Virus record (IMG/VR): IMGVR_UViG_3300025508_000027
Span: 1 to 50,922 of that record
Source: a virus
Taxonomy: Duplodnaviria; Caudoviricetes
Strand: one strand, 5' to 3'
DNA: 50,922 bases
Below the pieces are notes generated by a model. It searched no databases and was not told the origin of the DNA. It was given only the letters and a program-made list of their open reading frames with translations. Each line of letters starts with the position of its first letter. Positions within the stretch are counted from its first letter, which is position 1. Below, piece after piece: positions 17,749-27,307 of this stretch. The translations under genes were made by a program, and so were the position numbers.

Positions 17749-18839
17749 TACGCTTCGTTAAATTGTGGTTGACTAAACACCTCGTGAACAGCATCGTATA
17801 GGTTTTGCAACTCTTCCATCGAAGGTTCACCTCCTTCTTCTATCATTCTGGCTATCTCGTCGTACTGCACCTTGATTGCCTCTCCCTGCTCTGGGTTGAG
17901 TATATACTCCCCTCCAGTAGCCTCTCCTTCCTTCACTCCTGTCTCTTCGTCTATAATAGCCTTCTTGTTGGTGTCGTGGTTAAACTCACCCTCTGTCTTC
18001 TGTACTGGACGCTGCTCCTCAAGGATACGCATCATAACGTCTTCACTCATCCTTCCCCCTTCTTCGTATTTGACTCTACCGCCGTTTTGAGCGCCAGTAA
18101 AGCCAGAAACAGTAGCCTGAACCGCACCAGAGGCAATGTTGGCAAATGCGTTTCTTCTATCTTGCTCTAATTGTGCCTTGTTTTGTGCGGCCATAGTAGC
18201 GTCAGCAAACTGTTCTTGGCTGTCTTGAGCCAACAGATTAAAATCTTTCGCTTGGTTTTGAGACAGCACTTGCTGCTCAAGGTTGGCCAGCCCTTGCATA
18301 GCGCCCAACTCTCTAGTTAGATCTGCTTGTTGTGTGGCTTGAATAGCCTGATTCGCTCTAGCTGTAGAAGCCCCAATGCCTCCCATCAGAGCCCTGGGGT
18401 CTGAAGACAACGCGGCTAACTCTGTAGCCTGGACTCCTTGCATAGGCGACAAGTCTGTTGGTCTGATCCCAGCTGTAGCTAAATCTCTTTGTGCTTGTGC
18501 GATACCAAACTTAAAGTCGTCTTGCTTGCCTCTTGTAACACCTCTTAAGCGCATCGCTTCGTCGTACAGTCCTTGCTGCTTATTGATTCGATTTTTAGAT
18601 CCAATAAGATCAGCTATACCGCCAATTACTGCTGCCCCTCCTTCAAGAACCCCTTGAAACGGGACTACGCCAGAAGCTTGGTCGAGAATAGAACTATTAG
18701 AAGCGGAACTAGCAGTGGAAGGGCCTCCAAAAGACTGACCAAAGTTTGATGGAAATAACGAAGTTGGGACTTGGGGGACTGCAACTCCAAGCCCAGGACT
18801 TGATATTCCACCGTTACTATATTTCTTTACTTTACCCAT
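17748..18839 (-). CDS. Putative ejection/core protein (363 aa)
   Basis: Gly/Ala/Gln-rich helices; E.TGGEYILNP motif; lies between the muzzle and the larger ejection proteins. Confidence 0.6.
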   Translation of the reverse strand: MGKVKKYSNGGISSPGLGVAVPQVPTSLFPSNFGQSFGGPSTASSASNSSILDQASGVVPFQGVLEGGAAVIGGIADLIGSKNRINKQQGLYDEAMRLRGVTRGKQDDFKFGIAQAQRDLATAGIRPTDLSPMQGVQATELAALSSDPRALMGGIGASTARANQAIQATQQADLTRELGAMQGLANLEQQVLSQNQAKDFNLLAQDSQEQFADATMAAQNKAQLEQDRRNAFANIASGAVQATVSGFTGAQNGGRVKYEEGGRMSEDVMMRILEEQRPVQKTEGEFNHDTNKKAIIDEETGVKEGEATGGEYILNPEQGEAIKVQYDEIARMIEEGGEPSMEELQNLYDAVHEVFSQPQFNEA

Positions 18840-18850
18840 GATCTACAAAT

Positions 18851-19816
18851 TTAAGTATTTTGAGTTAAACGCTTGTCAAGCTTAGAGAATTCGTAATCTA
18901 CGTTAATTGCGTGGATTTCCGCATGCTTGTCTGTTTGTGTGGATATTTCTACGTTAGCGTAAGGACCTCGTAGCTGATCACCGTCAATTTCTGGTTTTAC
19001 TGCAATGACAAGTTGATTACTGAACAAAGAGGAGCCAGCAGATGTGAATGTGATCAACGATACTATCTGCGGTGCTGTTGGGCTTGGCACGTAAAAAACT
19101 AAATAATACACATCATCCTTTAAATAGTATCCCCCATAATAGATATCTATAGATTCCTCAAATTGACTTAAAAGTAAGTTGCTTTCGTTTATATTGTAAA
19201 CCTTTACTTTTTCCTCCACACTAAAAGGGTAATCTGAGATCGAAAAATTAGATGAAGGCTTAACTATAGCAGGAAACCACCCATCCAAAAATTGCTCTTG
19301 TACGTTAAAATATGATTCTATTTCACCTAGAAGCTCATCATAGGCTGCGGACCCTAACTCCTCTAAAACGCTAGAAACGGTAAATGGCTTACCAACTATA
19401 TTTCTAGTTGAGTTCAGCACATCCCTTGGCATCTCGGCGTACTGAAAACCTTCTTTCTTTTCAAAAGAATCTATGCTTCCCTTTTGTTTTTCTTCACTCT
19501 CGTACTCTACATTAGTGCAAACCTCTGCCGTCCAATCCTTTGTGTTTGTTTCTAGCGATAGAGACTTATACATCTTAACCGCAGAAGGATCTTGATTAGC
19601 AGAAACCGTAATAGACGACTTGGCGACTGAGTTATTGTAGAATTTATTCCTAGTAGATAGCTGATCGTGAAGCCACACGCCTAAGCCGTCTTTAGATGAC
19701 AGCATCTTATTCCCAGAAGTCATGTAGCACGTTGGGTCAAAGCTGTATCTAGAAGTCCAGGTATCGGACCTCGTAGAGAAAGCAAACGTCTTTTCGTTTA
19801 TGTTTATCTGAGCCAT
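18851..19816 (-). CDS. C-terminal part of the crAss-like tail muzzle (stabilization) protein, encoded as a separate gene
   Basis: TFAFS...WTSRYSF.P...WLH...RNKFY...N.DPS.VK.YKSLSLE...KEG.QY...LRGPY pattern, recalled as the C-terminus of full-length homologues. Confidence 0.65.
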   Translation of the reverse strand: MAQININEKTFAFSTRSDTWTSRYSFDPTCYMTSGNKMLSSKDGLGVWLHDQLSTRNKFYNNSVAKSSITVSANQDPSAVKMYKSLSLETNTKDWTAEVCTNVEYESEEKQKGSIDSFEKKEGFQYAEMPRDVLNSTRNIVGKPFTVSSVLEELGSAAYDELLGEIESYFNVQEQFLDGWFPAIVKPSSNFSISDYPFSVEEKVKVYNINESNLLLSQFEESIDIYYGGYYLKDDVYYLVFYVPSPTAPQIVSLITFTSAGSSLFSNQLVIAVKPEIDGDQLRGPYANVEISTQTDKHAEIHAINVDYEFSKLDKRLTQNT

Positions 19817-19821
19817 ATGTT

Positions 19822-22800
19822 TTAGAATTGAAATGCAGGGTCGTTTGGTCCGTAACCCTCCTCACCATACTGAGGTCCCCCCTCCAGCAAAGGAAGGAAG
19901 GTTAGTAGATCAGCAGTAGTAAGGCTATTACTTTGATTAGAGTCTGCTTTGCATTCAATTCTTACATACTGAGCTAAACTAAAATACTGACTTATAGTCA
20001 TAGTTCCGTCAGCAATCAACCAGTTTATCACTTCCTGAGCAGTGATCCCGACAGGAATACCCCCTTGATTGTTAGGCAGGAATGCAGGTTCGCTGTTTTC
20101 AGTTACCGCTCCAAAGTTCTGAAGGAACGCAATAAGATCAACAATTGCAACACCTCCTGACTGATCAAGATTTAACGCAACTTCTTGACGTAAAAAGCTT
20201 CTTAGTTGCAAGTACTCACCAACCGTCATGGCTCCTTGAGCTATAAGGTAGTTTATCGCGCCTTGAGGGTTTTTAAATTCTGTGGTGGGCTTCGGTTTAG
20301 GTTGGTTTGCTGTTGACTTGGCAGATGCGAGCGGATCTGGAGGGCTTAAAATGCTTGACGAGGGGTCGTAATCTGTGCCAAACACTGCAAAGAAGTTAGT
20401 AAGATCGGCTGTTCCGACATTACCGTTATAGTCAGTGTCAAGCCTAGCGCTCCTGATTAAAGAATTGTTTAAACCCTCCGTGTTGGTGTAGCCAGTTCCC
20501 ATTAACGCTTGGAGTTGATTTATCTTTAATGGATCTGAAGCGTCGTCAGTTCTATCTATAATGTATTGTTTTGCTATTTCTGTACTCATGTCTTCGTCTT
20601 TTTTAGACTCGTTATAGTATTCGTTGTATGCTACTGTAAATGGAAGTAGACCTTCTACTGAAGGTGGTAAAACATTTGTTGCATTACCCGTTATAGAAAG
20701 CGTAATTCTAGGTTGATCTAGGTTCTCTGTGTTTAGCTCTAACGTTCCGTTTTGTTCGCCTTCCTCTAAAGCTAAAGCATTAACTGTAAGGTCAAATGAT
20801 TCGTCCACCACAAACGATGAGTCACTAACACTGTAGGTCGAGTTACTGGATATAACGCTTGTTATGTTGATAGGATCAGAGTTGTTGTTTACTATGTTTA
20901 CAACATTTGTTGTTGAATTACCTGCTTCTAATGCCCCAAAGTCAATATTAGTTGGGGAAACAGTCAAGCCTGAAGGCCCGTTGGTGTCTCCTCCGCCACC
21001 ACCAGATGCGTCACCTGGAGCTATAACATCAGCGTTAGGCTGATCTGCAAACGCAACGTCAATAGTTGATTCAGTTTTAACATCAACAACGCTAAGCAAA
21101 TATTCTTTTTTAAATGGATCCCACCCACCAACTATCCTTGACTCGTTAGGGGATGTTATGTTCAGGTTTAACTCAACAGCCTTTTTGAATATAGCCCTAA
21201 GAACAGAGGACACCCCTATATCAGATATGACTTGAGGCCCTGCGTTTTTGCTCCACCTGTACACCTCACCAAGATTCTTGTTTGCAAAGAAAACCTCAGT
21301 TCCAGAATCAAATACTGAAGAAGGGTCTATGTCGCAGCCAGACCTACCTGGATAAACAACAGCCTCATTAAGTACATTTCTAGAAGCGATAATCTGTTGA
21401 TTTCCAGAAGCGTCAGATAATATGTTTTTACCTACAGGAACTAGAGACACGTTATCTCGCTGTATAACGACAACAAAGTCTCCGTGGTCACCCATGTACT
21501 GTATACCCCCAAAAGTCTCTGAAAGGTCCTTAAAATTAGCCAGAGAAGAATTAAAGGACGAGTATCTCAACTTAGTGGACTCTGGGTTGCTTGGGTCTGA
21601 ATACGTGATAGTGTTTTCTCTGATCGTTTCTGAAGCGTCTTCAAATATTACGTTTGGCCTGCCTATAGAGTAAGAATCAGCTTTAAATAAGTCTGTTGCT
21701 GTTTCTGACTCTAAATAAACATTTTTAAAATTAGGCTTAGGGTCGACATCATCTCCGTCGTCATCAGGGATTAAATCAACAAAAGAACCTAAGTTTAAGT
21801 TTCTCAGATTAGTCGCCACAGGTCTGAACCATACATCACCCTTAGTTAAAGTTACAGTAGGCGTTTCATGAACTAATAAACTGCCTCCTTCGAAAGTTGG
21901 CTGTTTTACAATATTGTAGCTTTCGCTTAACTCATAGTACAACTGCTCTTTAGCATCAGCTTTCTTTCTGGGCGTTCTTAACTCAAAAACACAGTTTTTA
22001 CTCCAGTTGTTAAAAGCATCACCCCCTGATACTGCCTCGAAACTAAACCCAGCCGCAAATTGATTATCTTTTAAGACTACAAATTGGCCTTTTTTGTTTT
22101 CTGGTACAGGAGAATTTGCAAGAGGGTTGTCTGTGTCTCCTAGGTTAACCAGCTCAACCACATCAAAGACATGATTTACGTACTCTCTGTCGTCTCCGTC
22201 ACCAAACGAAATTACGTGCAATTCGTCTCCAGGCTCATACTTGTAAAGGTTAAGACCTCCCTCAGGGGTTCTGGCACCAAAAGAGCTCACATAAGAAATA
22301 GGATGACCTTGTAAGTGATTTAAAGATACATATATGTTGTCGCTTGCGCTTCCTGTATCATCGCTCTGACCTATAGGAAAAGCCCCTCCAGCCGTATACT
22401 GAACAAAATCTTGAACAGTATGATTCTTTGAGTATACTATCTTATAGGTGTGAGCCCACTCTGGAGGCTCTCCACTAAGCTCTATCTCTATACATGCCGC
22501 GCCTTTGTTTTCTCTTTCTGCGTAAGTCTTGACAAACGCTGTGTCAAGATAATCGACAAAGCCGTGCCTCCCCCTCTCATCATAGTAAACTATACCGAAA
22601 CTGTGATCTGCGGCTGTTTTAAACGATTGAGCTGCATTTCCATAGGTTTCTGCCTGAGAAATTATATCAGTATTTAAAGCAGAAAGCCCTGGAGTGCATT
22701 GATTTCTTTTGAAGTTTACACTAGCACCAAGCAGTTCATCGCCTTCTCCACCCTCGCTTTCAGGTATGTTGTACACGTAGTCATGAGACACGGCCCAAGA

Positions 22801-25710
22801 CGCCGTAGAACCAGCCATGTTATAATTGTATCTTAAAAAAGGAAGTATGGTAACCCTTCCTAAACTTTCTGCGTTATTCCCTTCCGAGCCGCCAACAGGA
22901 GTAATTGAACCCGCATAAAAGACAGTATTATAATACTGGCGATAGTTGGCGCCTGGCGGGATGAAGGGATTTACAGTTACAGAGCCCTGAAGGTACATCC
23001 TAAAAAAATCGTAAGGGTGAGTGCTATCCACAAATCCTTTCGCTGGACCTCCTCCGACACCTCCCTCACCGTCCATTAATGAAACTTTAGAGATAATTTG
23101 GCTCGGTTCATAACCTTGAGGAACAATGTTATTGTTATTATCACCGTTATTAAAATTAAGCTGATAGCTCGAACCGAAGAAGAAGATGGTATTATCTTCT
23201 AAAAGCCCAGAATACCTATTGCCATCTGTAGGCTCTTCAAGTAATAGCTTGCCTACTTGGTTTCCATAACCTTTAAAAGAAGCTATATCGTCAATTCCAC
23301 TTGGAGTAGTTCCAAAACTACCTTCCATTTGATACCCAATGGAATTTGCCCAGGCCGCTGCTCCTTGACCAAAATCATCATTACCCTCTGTAAACAATTC
23401 AATAACTTCGTCATCCAAAACTAGCCAATCCTCATTCTCAGTAGTCTGTAGATTTCCCTCTCCTGGGTCGTGAACACAAGTTAATACTTCTACATTCTCT
23501 AGGCTATATAAATGAATGCCTAAACTCGCGACATGTGCTGGGTCGATATCAAGAATATCATTAAGGTAAGCTGCATAATCAGTTGAAACAGCGCCTGTCG
23601 ACGGGTTCAATTCAGACGGATATAAAGCAAATGTAGGGTCAGCTTTATTTACTATAAAGTATCCAGTAGGAACACCAGTCTCAGCGCTAGAATCGTCCCC
23701 CCATAGTGCAACTATTTTATCTGAGTTTGTCTTAGGTATCGCGCCATTGCCTTGCCCAACGAAATTTTGCTGTATTCTGCTACCCCCCTGAAGCCCTAAG
23801 TCAAAAGAAGGTGTAGATGTAGTTGACGTAGTCAAAACCTTAATTCCTTGACAAGCGTTTATTAAATCTACACCTTCAAGGGTAGGGTTTGAAAGAACCT
23901 GATTAGCGGCTAGAGCAATGACTGATTTAGCGTTATTTATGTTACTAGTAATCTCTAACGAAAACCCAAAATTACAAGTTCCTCCATGAAGTATGAAAGG
24001 GTTCGTTGCCGATGTTCCAAACCTAACAGTTTGAGTCACATTGGCGACAGCCTGGCCTGTAAACTCCTCAGGGGTGTCTAGTCGCCTCCAAGTAAGACCT
24101 AAAAGACCGACGCCATCGCCTGGGTCCTCCTTGGGGCCTCCCCATATCTGAGCTGCAGCATTGTCTGTCCCATCGGAACTCTGCTGAGCATAGCTTTCAT
24201 TATAAACTTCCGCACCAGCGGCGTCTTGATCATTATACAAAGAAAAGCTTTGCGCATAATTAACCTCTGTTTTAAGGTTGTCAACTGAAGCCGCAAGAGG
24301 CTGCGGCCCCCTCTGGACTGTCTGAGAGGTTCCCACTCCCAATCCATCTTGGTGGCTTCTATATAAATGCCAATTTCTTTTTGCTTTTAAGCTTAAAGAA
24401 AAATGAAACTGATCTCCTGCTGAAAGAGAGTCAGGAATATTGCTAAAATCAAGAAAGAAGTTTAAGTTTTCATGTTTCTGCTCCGCTGATAAGTAGCCAG
24501 GCGATTTTCCTATAGAAGGGATGTAACCAACGTTAAAGGATATGAAGTCTTCTGGCCTGTCTTTATAAACTACCGTAGCAACTCCAGTAGTTTCGGATTT
24601 ATTAAACCCGTCTAAGTAGTTTCCATACATAAGCCTATTTGAAGAGATAGCTTGCGCCTTGGCTTTTCTTGGAACTGAATCAAATTGTTTATTTACTTCG
24701 TCTGTACTAACACCCTTAAGTATTCTGTCGTTAAAAAATGAATATTCTTGAGGTTCTAGAATTGCTTCTATTTCATCAATAATTAAAAAAGAACCCGTGT
24801 TACCCTGTCTGCACAACAGCCTAACTGTTTCAATTTCTGGGCCAGACTCAGGTATCGTTAACAAACACCTGTAGTTAGGGTGCTCAACATGAGGTTCGGC
24901 CCCTTGATTGTACACAGATGGCAATATTGCTATGTCTGAATAAGAGGAAATAGAGCTTTCTAGTCCATCAAAATAAATATGTTGATAAGCAAACTGAAAT
25001 CCAGGGGATCTACTAAAGTTATTTACAGTTCTAGCATCTTGATCTTGCGAATCAGGGTCAGAATCAAAAACAAACGTTATAGGTTTAAGAGGCGTTTTAG
25101 GACATGCTGTAATAAAGTCAGCTTCATCGAGAACATCAATGCCATGTATAGAGCTACCATTAGCCTCAAAAGCCCTGTATGCGTTTATCTTCCTTGGCTC
25201 ATTTTCCCCATCAGTAAAATATATGATGACATCTTTCTCAAAATCTTCGCCTAAATCAAACGTCCTAGTAGCAGCGCTATAAACAATATCTGCTTTTACA
25301 AACCCGTTTTGAGGGAAGTTAAACTGAGGGCTTGTATATATTTTTCTTAAGGTTGGACCATTAGAACCAGGCAACAAACCCTCGCTGTCATAAGCAAAGA
25401 CACCTTGCATGCTGGCGTTTTGGTGATAAAAAAAGATGTATGTTATACGAGTCTTCTTGTCTTCAACGCCACCTATAACCCTTAATCCATCATTAAGTTC
25501 AGGCATTTCAGACACCCGTTCATTACCCTTAATGTTCTTAAGGATTCCGTTACCTGCATCCGACTTAGTTAGCTTACCCTCTAAAACGGTTAGGCTGTCG
25601 TTGTCTGGCCCTGAGTATAGGTTCAGCGCATCAAGCATGGAAACCTTACTGATAGTTTTGTTATCAGCGTCGGAGTCTAGTTGTCTTGGGGTTAATTTAT
25701 CTATCGGCAT
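19822..25710 (-). CDS. Tail muzzle/stabilization protein (crAss-like) with a C-terminal Ig-like domain and three dockerin-like repeats
   Basis: LDSDAD...DALN, YFTDG.NEPRKIN, QFAYQ, VPRKAKAQ...NRLMYGNY.DG, FGIVYYDE.GR, PPEWA..YK, GGWDP..KEYLL; then TVSPTNIDFG (ASH/Ig-like) and three Ca-loop repeats. Confidence 0.8.
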   Translation of the reverse strand: MPIDKLTPRQLDSDADNKTISKVSMLDALNLYSGPDNDSLTVLEGKLTKSDAGNGILKNIKGNERVSEMPELNDGLRVIGGVEDKKTRITYIFFYHQNASMQGVFAYDSEGLLPGSNGPTLRKIYTSPQFNFPQNGFVKADIVYSAATRTFDLGEDFEKDVIIYFTDGENEPRKINAYRAFEANGSSIHGIDVLDEADFITACPKTPLKPITFVFDSDPDSQDQDARTVNNFSRSPGFQFAYQHIYFDGLESSISSYSDIAILPSVYNQGAEPHVEHPNYRCLLTIPESGPEIETVRLLCRQGNTGSFLIIDEIEAILEPQEYSFFNDRILKGVSTDEVNKQFDSVPRKAKAQAISSNRLMYGNYLDGFNKSETTGVATVVYKDRPEDFISFNVGYIPSIGKSPGYLSAEQKHENLNFFLDFSNIPDSLSAGDQFHFSLSLKAKRNWHLYRSHQDGLGVGTSQTVQRGPQPLAASVDNLKTEVNYAQSFSLYNDQDAAGAEVYNESYAQQSSDGTDNAAAQIWGGPKEDPGDGVGLLGLTWRRLDTPEEFTGQAVANVTQTVRFGTSATNPFILHGGTCNFGFSLEITSNINNAKSVIALAANQVLSNPTLEGVDLINACQGIKVLTTSTTSTPSFDLGLQGGSRIQQNFVGQGNGAIPKTNSDKIVALWGDDSSAETGVPTGYFIVNKADPTFALYPSELNPSTGAVSTDYAAYLNDILDIDPAHVASLGIHLYSLENVEVLTCVHDPGEGNLQTTENEDWLVLDDEVIELFTEGNDDFGQGAAAWANSIGYQMEGSFGTTPSGIDDIASFKGYGNQVGKLLLEEPTDGNRYSGLLEDNTIFFFGSSYQLNFNNGDNNNNIVPQGYEPSQIISKVSLMDGEGGVGGGPAKGFVDSTHPYDFFRMYLQGSVTVNPFIPPGANYRQYYNTVFYAGSITPVGGSEGNNAESLGRVTILPFLRYNYNMAGSTASWAVSHDYVYNIPESEGGEGDELLGASVNFKRNQCTPGLSALNTDIISQAETYGNAAQSFKTAADHSFGIVYYDERGRHGFVDYLDTAFVKTYAERENKGAACIEIELSGEPPEWAHTYKIVYSKNHTVQDFVQYTAGGAFPIGQSDDTGSASDNIYVSLNHLQGHPISYVSSFGARTPEGGLNLYKYEPGDELHVISFGDGDDREYVNHVFDVVELVNLGDTDNPLANSPVPENKKGQFVVLKDNQFAAGFSFEAVSGGDAFNNWSKNCVFELRTPRKKADAKEQLYYELSESYNIVKQPTFEGGSLLVHETPTVTLTKGDVWFRPVATNLRNLNLGSFVDLIPDDDGDDVDPKPNFKNVYLESETATDLFKADSYSIGRPNVIFEDASETIRENTITYSDPSNPESTKLRYSSFNSSLANFKDLSETFGGIQYMGDHGDFVVVIQRDNVSLVPVGKNILSDASGNQQIIASRNVLNEAVVYPGRSGCDIDPSSVFDSGTEVFFANKNLGEVYRWSKNAGPQVISDIGVSSVLRAIFKKAVELNLNITSPNESRIVGGWDPFKKEYLLSVVDVKTESTIDVAFADQPNADVIAPGDASGGGGGDTNGPSGLTVSPTNIDFGALEAGNSTTNVVNIVNNNSDPINITSVISSNSTYSVSDSSFVVDESFDLTVNALALEEGEQNGTLELNTENLDQPRITLSITGNATNVLPPSVEGLLPFTVAYNEYYNESKKDEDMSTEIAKQYIIDRTDDASDPLKINQLQALMGTGYTNTEGLNNSLIRSARLDTDYNGNVGTADLTNFFAVFGTDYDPSSSILSPPDPLASAKSTANQPKPKPTTEFKNPQGAINYLIAQGAMTVGEYLQLRSFLRQEVALNLDQSGGVAIVDLIAFLQNFGAVTENSEPAFLPNNQGGIPVGITAQEVINWLIADGTMTISQYFSLAQYVRIECKADSNQSNSLTTADLLTFLPLLEGGPQYGEEGYGPNDPAFQF

Positions 25711-26531
25711 CAGTACTTAGGTGCTTGCATAAAGTTCTTACGAATCGTCTTCAACGCCTCTTCCTTAGTGAAGTTGCTCAATCGGGCGTTAGCCTTCCTC
25801 CTTTCGTTGTAATACTCTGCTCTAGCCCTAGACTTCTCATTTGCTGGGACGGATGATTTACGCTCTATAATCTTGTAGTACATATACGACCTCAGCGCCT
25901 CCTCTGCATACACATGAACCTCTGGGTCTCCAGCACGAGCTTCGTCAGCAACGTACTCTATAACAACCTCAGAGTAACCGCTATTGGTCTCTACTTCAAT
26001 TCTGTCTTGGTCTAAGTTTAGTCTATACTCACCAGCCAAGTGACCACCTCCAGCTCCGTACAGCCTTCCTGCACCACCTTGATAGATGTAGTTCTCGAAT
26101 ACATACTGACCGAAATCATTATCTGATCCAGTTGAAGCTCCAGTGGCTGTTTTGTCGTCTTCTCTGTCAAGTATTGAATTAGGGTCTATATCCAAAGGAC
26201 TGGCATTAAAATCAACCGAGGTGGTCTTGAGCTTTCTAGAGTAGTTTATGTTTTTATTGTTTCCAAAAACCCTTACAATTCCTTCGTCATCAACGATTCC
26301 CACTTTCAGTAAGTCTACAAAATCATCAGGAAGAGCAACCGTATCGTTAGAAGCTATTGACAGCTTTAACGACTTAATCTTTTTCCCGAAATCAAATCCA
26401 ATCTCTCTAATACCTCTTAACGCAAAGTTTCGAATAGCCGTATCTGAAGCGTTACTAGCATAGTCGTCCCCATCTAGAGTAATGATGAAGTCTTTAATTA
26501 CTTGACTGAGCTTTACTTTATTGTGCGCCAT
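25710..26531 (-). CDS. Tail ring/adaptor protein
   Basis: LPDDFVD...VGIV, VVIEYVAD, VH.YAEEAL..Y.YY; directly upstream of the muzzle as in crAss-like phages. Confidence 0.7.
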   Translation of the reverse strand: MAHNKVKLSQVIKDFIITLDGDDYASNASDTAIRNFALRGIREIGFDFGKKIKSLKLSIASNDTVALPDDFVDLLKVGIVDDEGIVRVFGNNKNINYSRKLKTTSVDFNASPLDIDPNSILDREDDKTATGASTGSDNDFGQYVFENYIYQGGAGRLYGAGGGHLAGEYRLNLDQDRIEVETNSGYSEVVIEYVADEARAGDPEVHVYAEEALRSYMYYKIIERKSSVPANEKSRARAEYYNERRKANARLSNFTKEEALKTIRKNFMQAPKY

Positions 26532-27277
26532 TATTCAGATGCTTCTTCTTGTGCTGCGAACTGAGTTACATTAGGGTCTCGCAACCTAACACCTATTAAC
26601 TTAGCAATTTCCATAACAACCTCATTAAGGTAATGAGGGGGTAACATAAAGTCCCTACAATTACTAGAAGGAAGTTCTATATCGTTTCCGTTGTAAGTAA
26701 CGACATCATAATCGTAATAAGGAGATCCTTCGCTTATCTCTCCGTCTTTATCAAAGGAAGTAGGCTTGGCATAATATACTACCTCGTATTGATTAGGAGA
26801 ATCAGCTGGAAAAAACTCTAAAACACTAGAGACTAAACATACAGGAAAGTCTTGGGTTGGAGTAGAAAGGTTACTTCCTAGTATTCTCTGCATGCTCTGA
26901 GCATCGTATACAACTTCACAATTAATTCTGTCTGTATACTCACCGTAATAGTTGGCATAAGTCAGTGCAGATATGGAGATTATTCTGGACAAATTAGCTG
27001 GTTTGAGCGCCTCCCCCGAAGCGGGAACTACGTTGTTAGTCCTAACAAAAAAGGAAAGGTCCTCTAGCTTCTGCTTTCTTACGGACTTGTCTCTGCCTGG
27101 ATCAAAGTTCTGCCTGCTTATACGCTTAGCGTCCACAAGCTCTGAGAACATCTCATTGTAGATATTCATCTGCGCTATAGGGGCAAAGGAATTGAACACG
27201 CCAGGTGTAATAAAGCCTTTCTGCTCCTTGTTGGCGATATCCTTTACGGCGTTATATACTTGTAATACGCTTACCAT
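26531..27277 (-). CDS. Tail ring/adaptor protein
   Basis: VY..V..IANKEQ.GFITP..FN..A..AQ N-terminus, Y..KP, IAKLIGV.LRD; synteny. Confidence 0.7.
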   Translation of the reverse strand: MVSVLQVYNAVKDIANKEQKGFITPGVFNSFAPIAQMNIYNEMFSELVDAKRISRQNFDPGRDKSVRKQKLEDLSFFVRTNNVVPASGEALKPANLSRIISISALTYANYYGEYTDRINCEVVYDAQSMQRILGSNLSTPTQDFPVCLVSSVLEFFPADSPNQYEVVYYAKPTSFDKDGEISEGSPYYDYDVVTYNGNDIELPSSNCRDFMLPPHYLNEVVMEIAKLIGVRLRDPNVTQFAAQEEASE

Positions 27278-27281
27278 AAAA

Positions 27282-27289
27282 CAAATATA
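27282..27289 (-). promoter_or_regulatory. -7 promoter box TATATTTG, 4 nt before ATG
   Basis: Matches Bacteroidota TAnnTTTG; intergenic. Confidence 0.7.
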
Positions 27290-27307
27290 CGAAAAACAAA
27301 TAGGCTG

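Noticed and set aside
8428-18657. Many + strand ORFs of 60-154 aa opposite the ejection genes
   Set aside because: Ser/Leu/Phe-rich antisense shadows without promoters or motifs.
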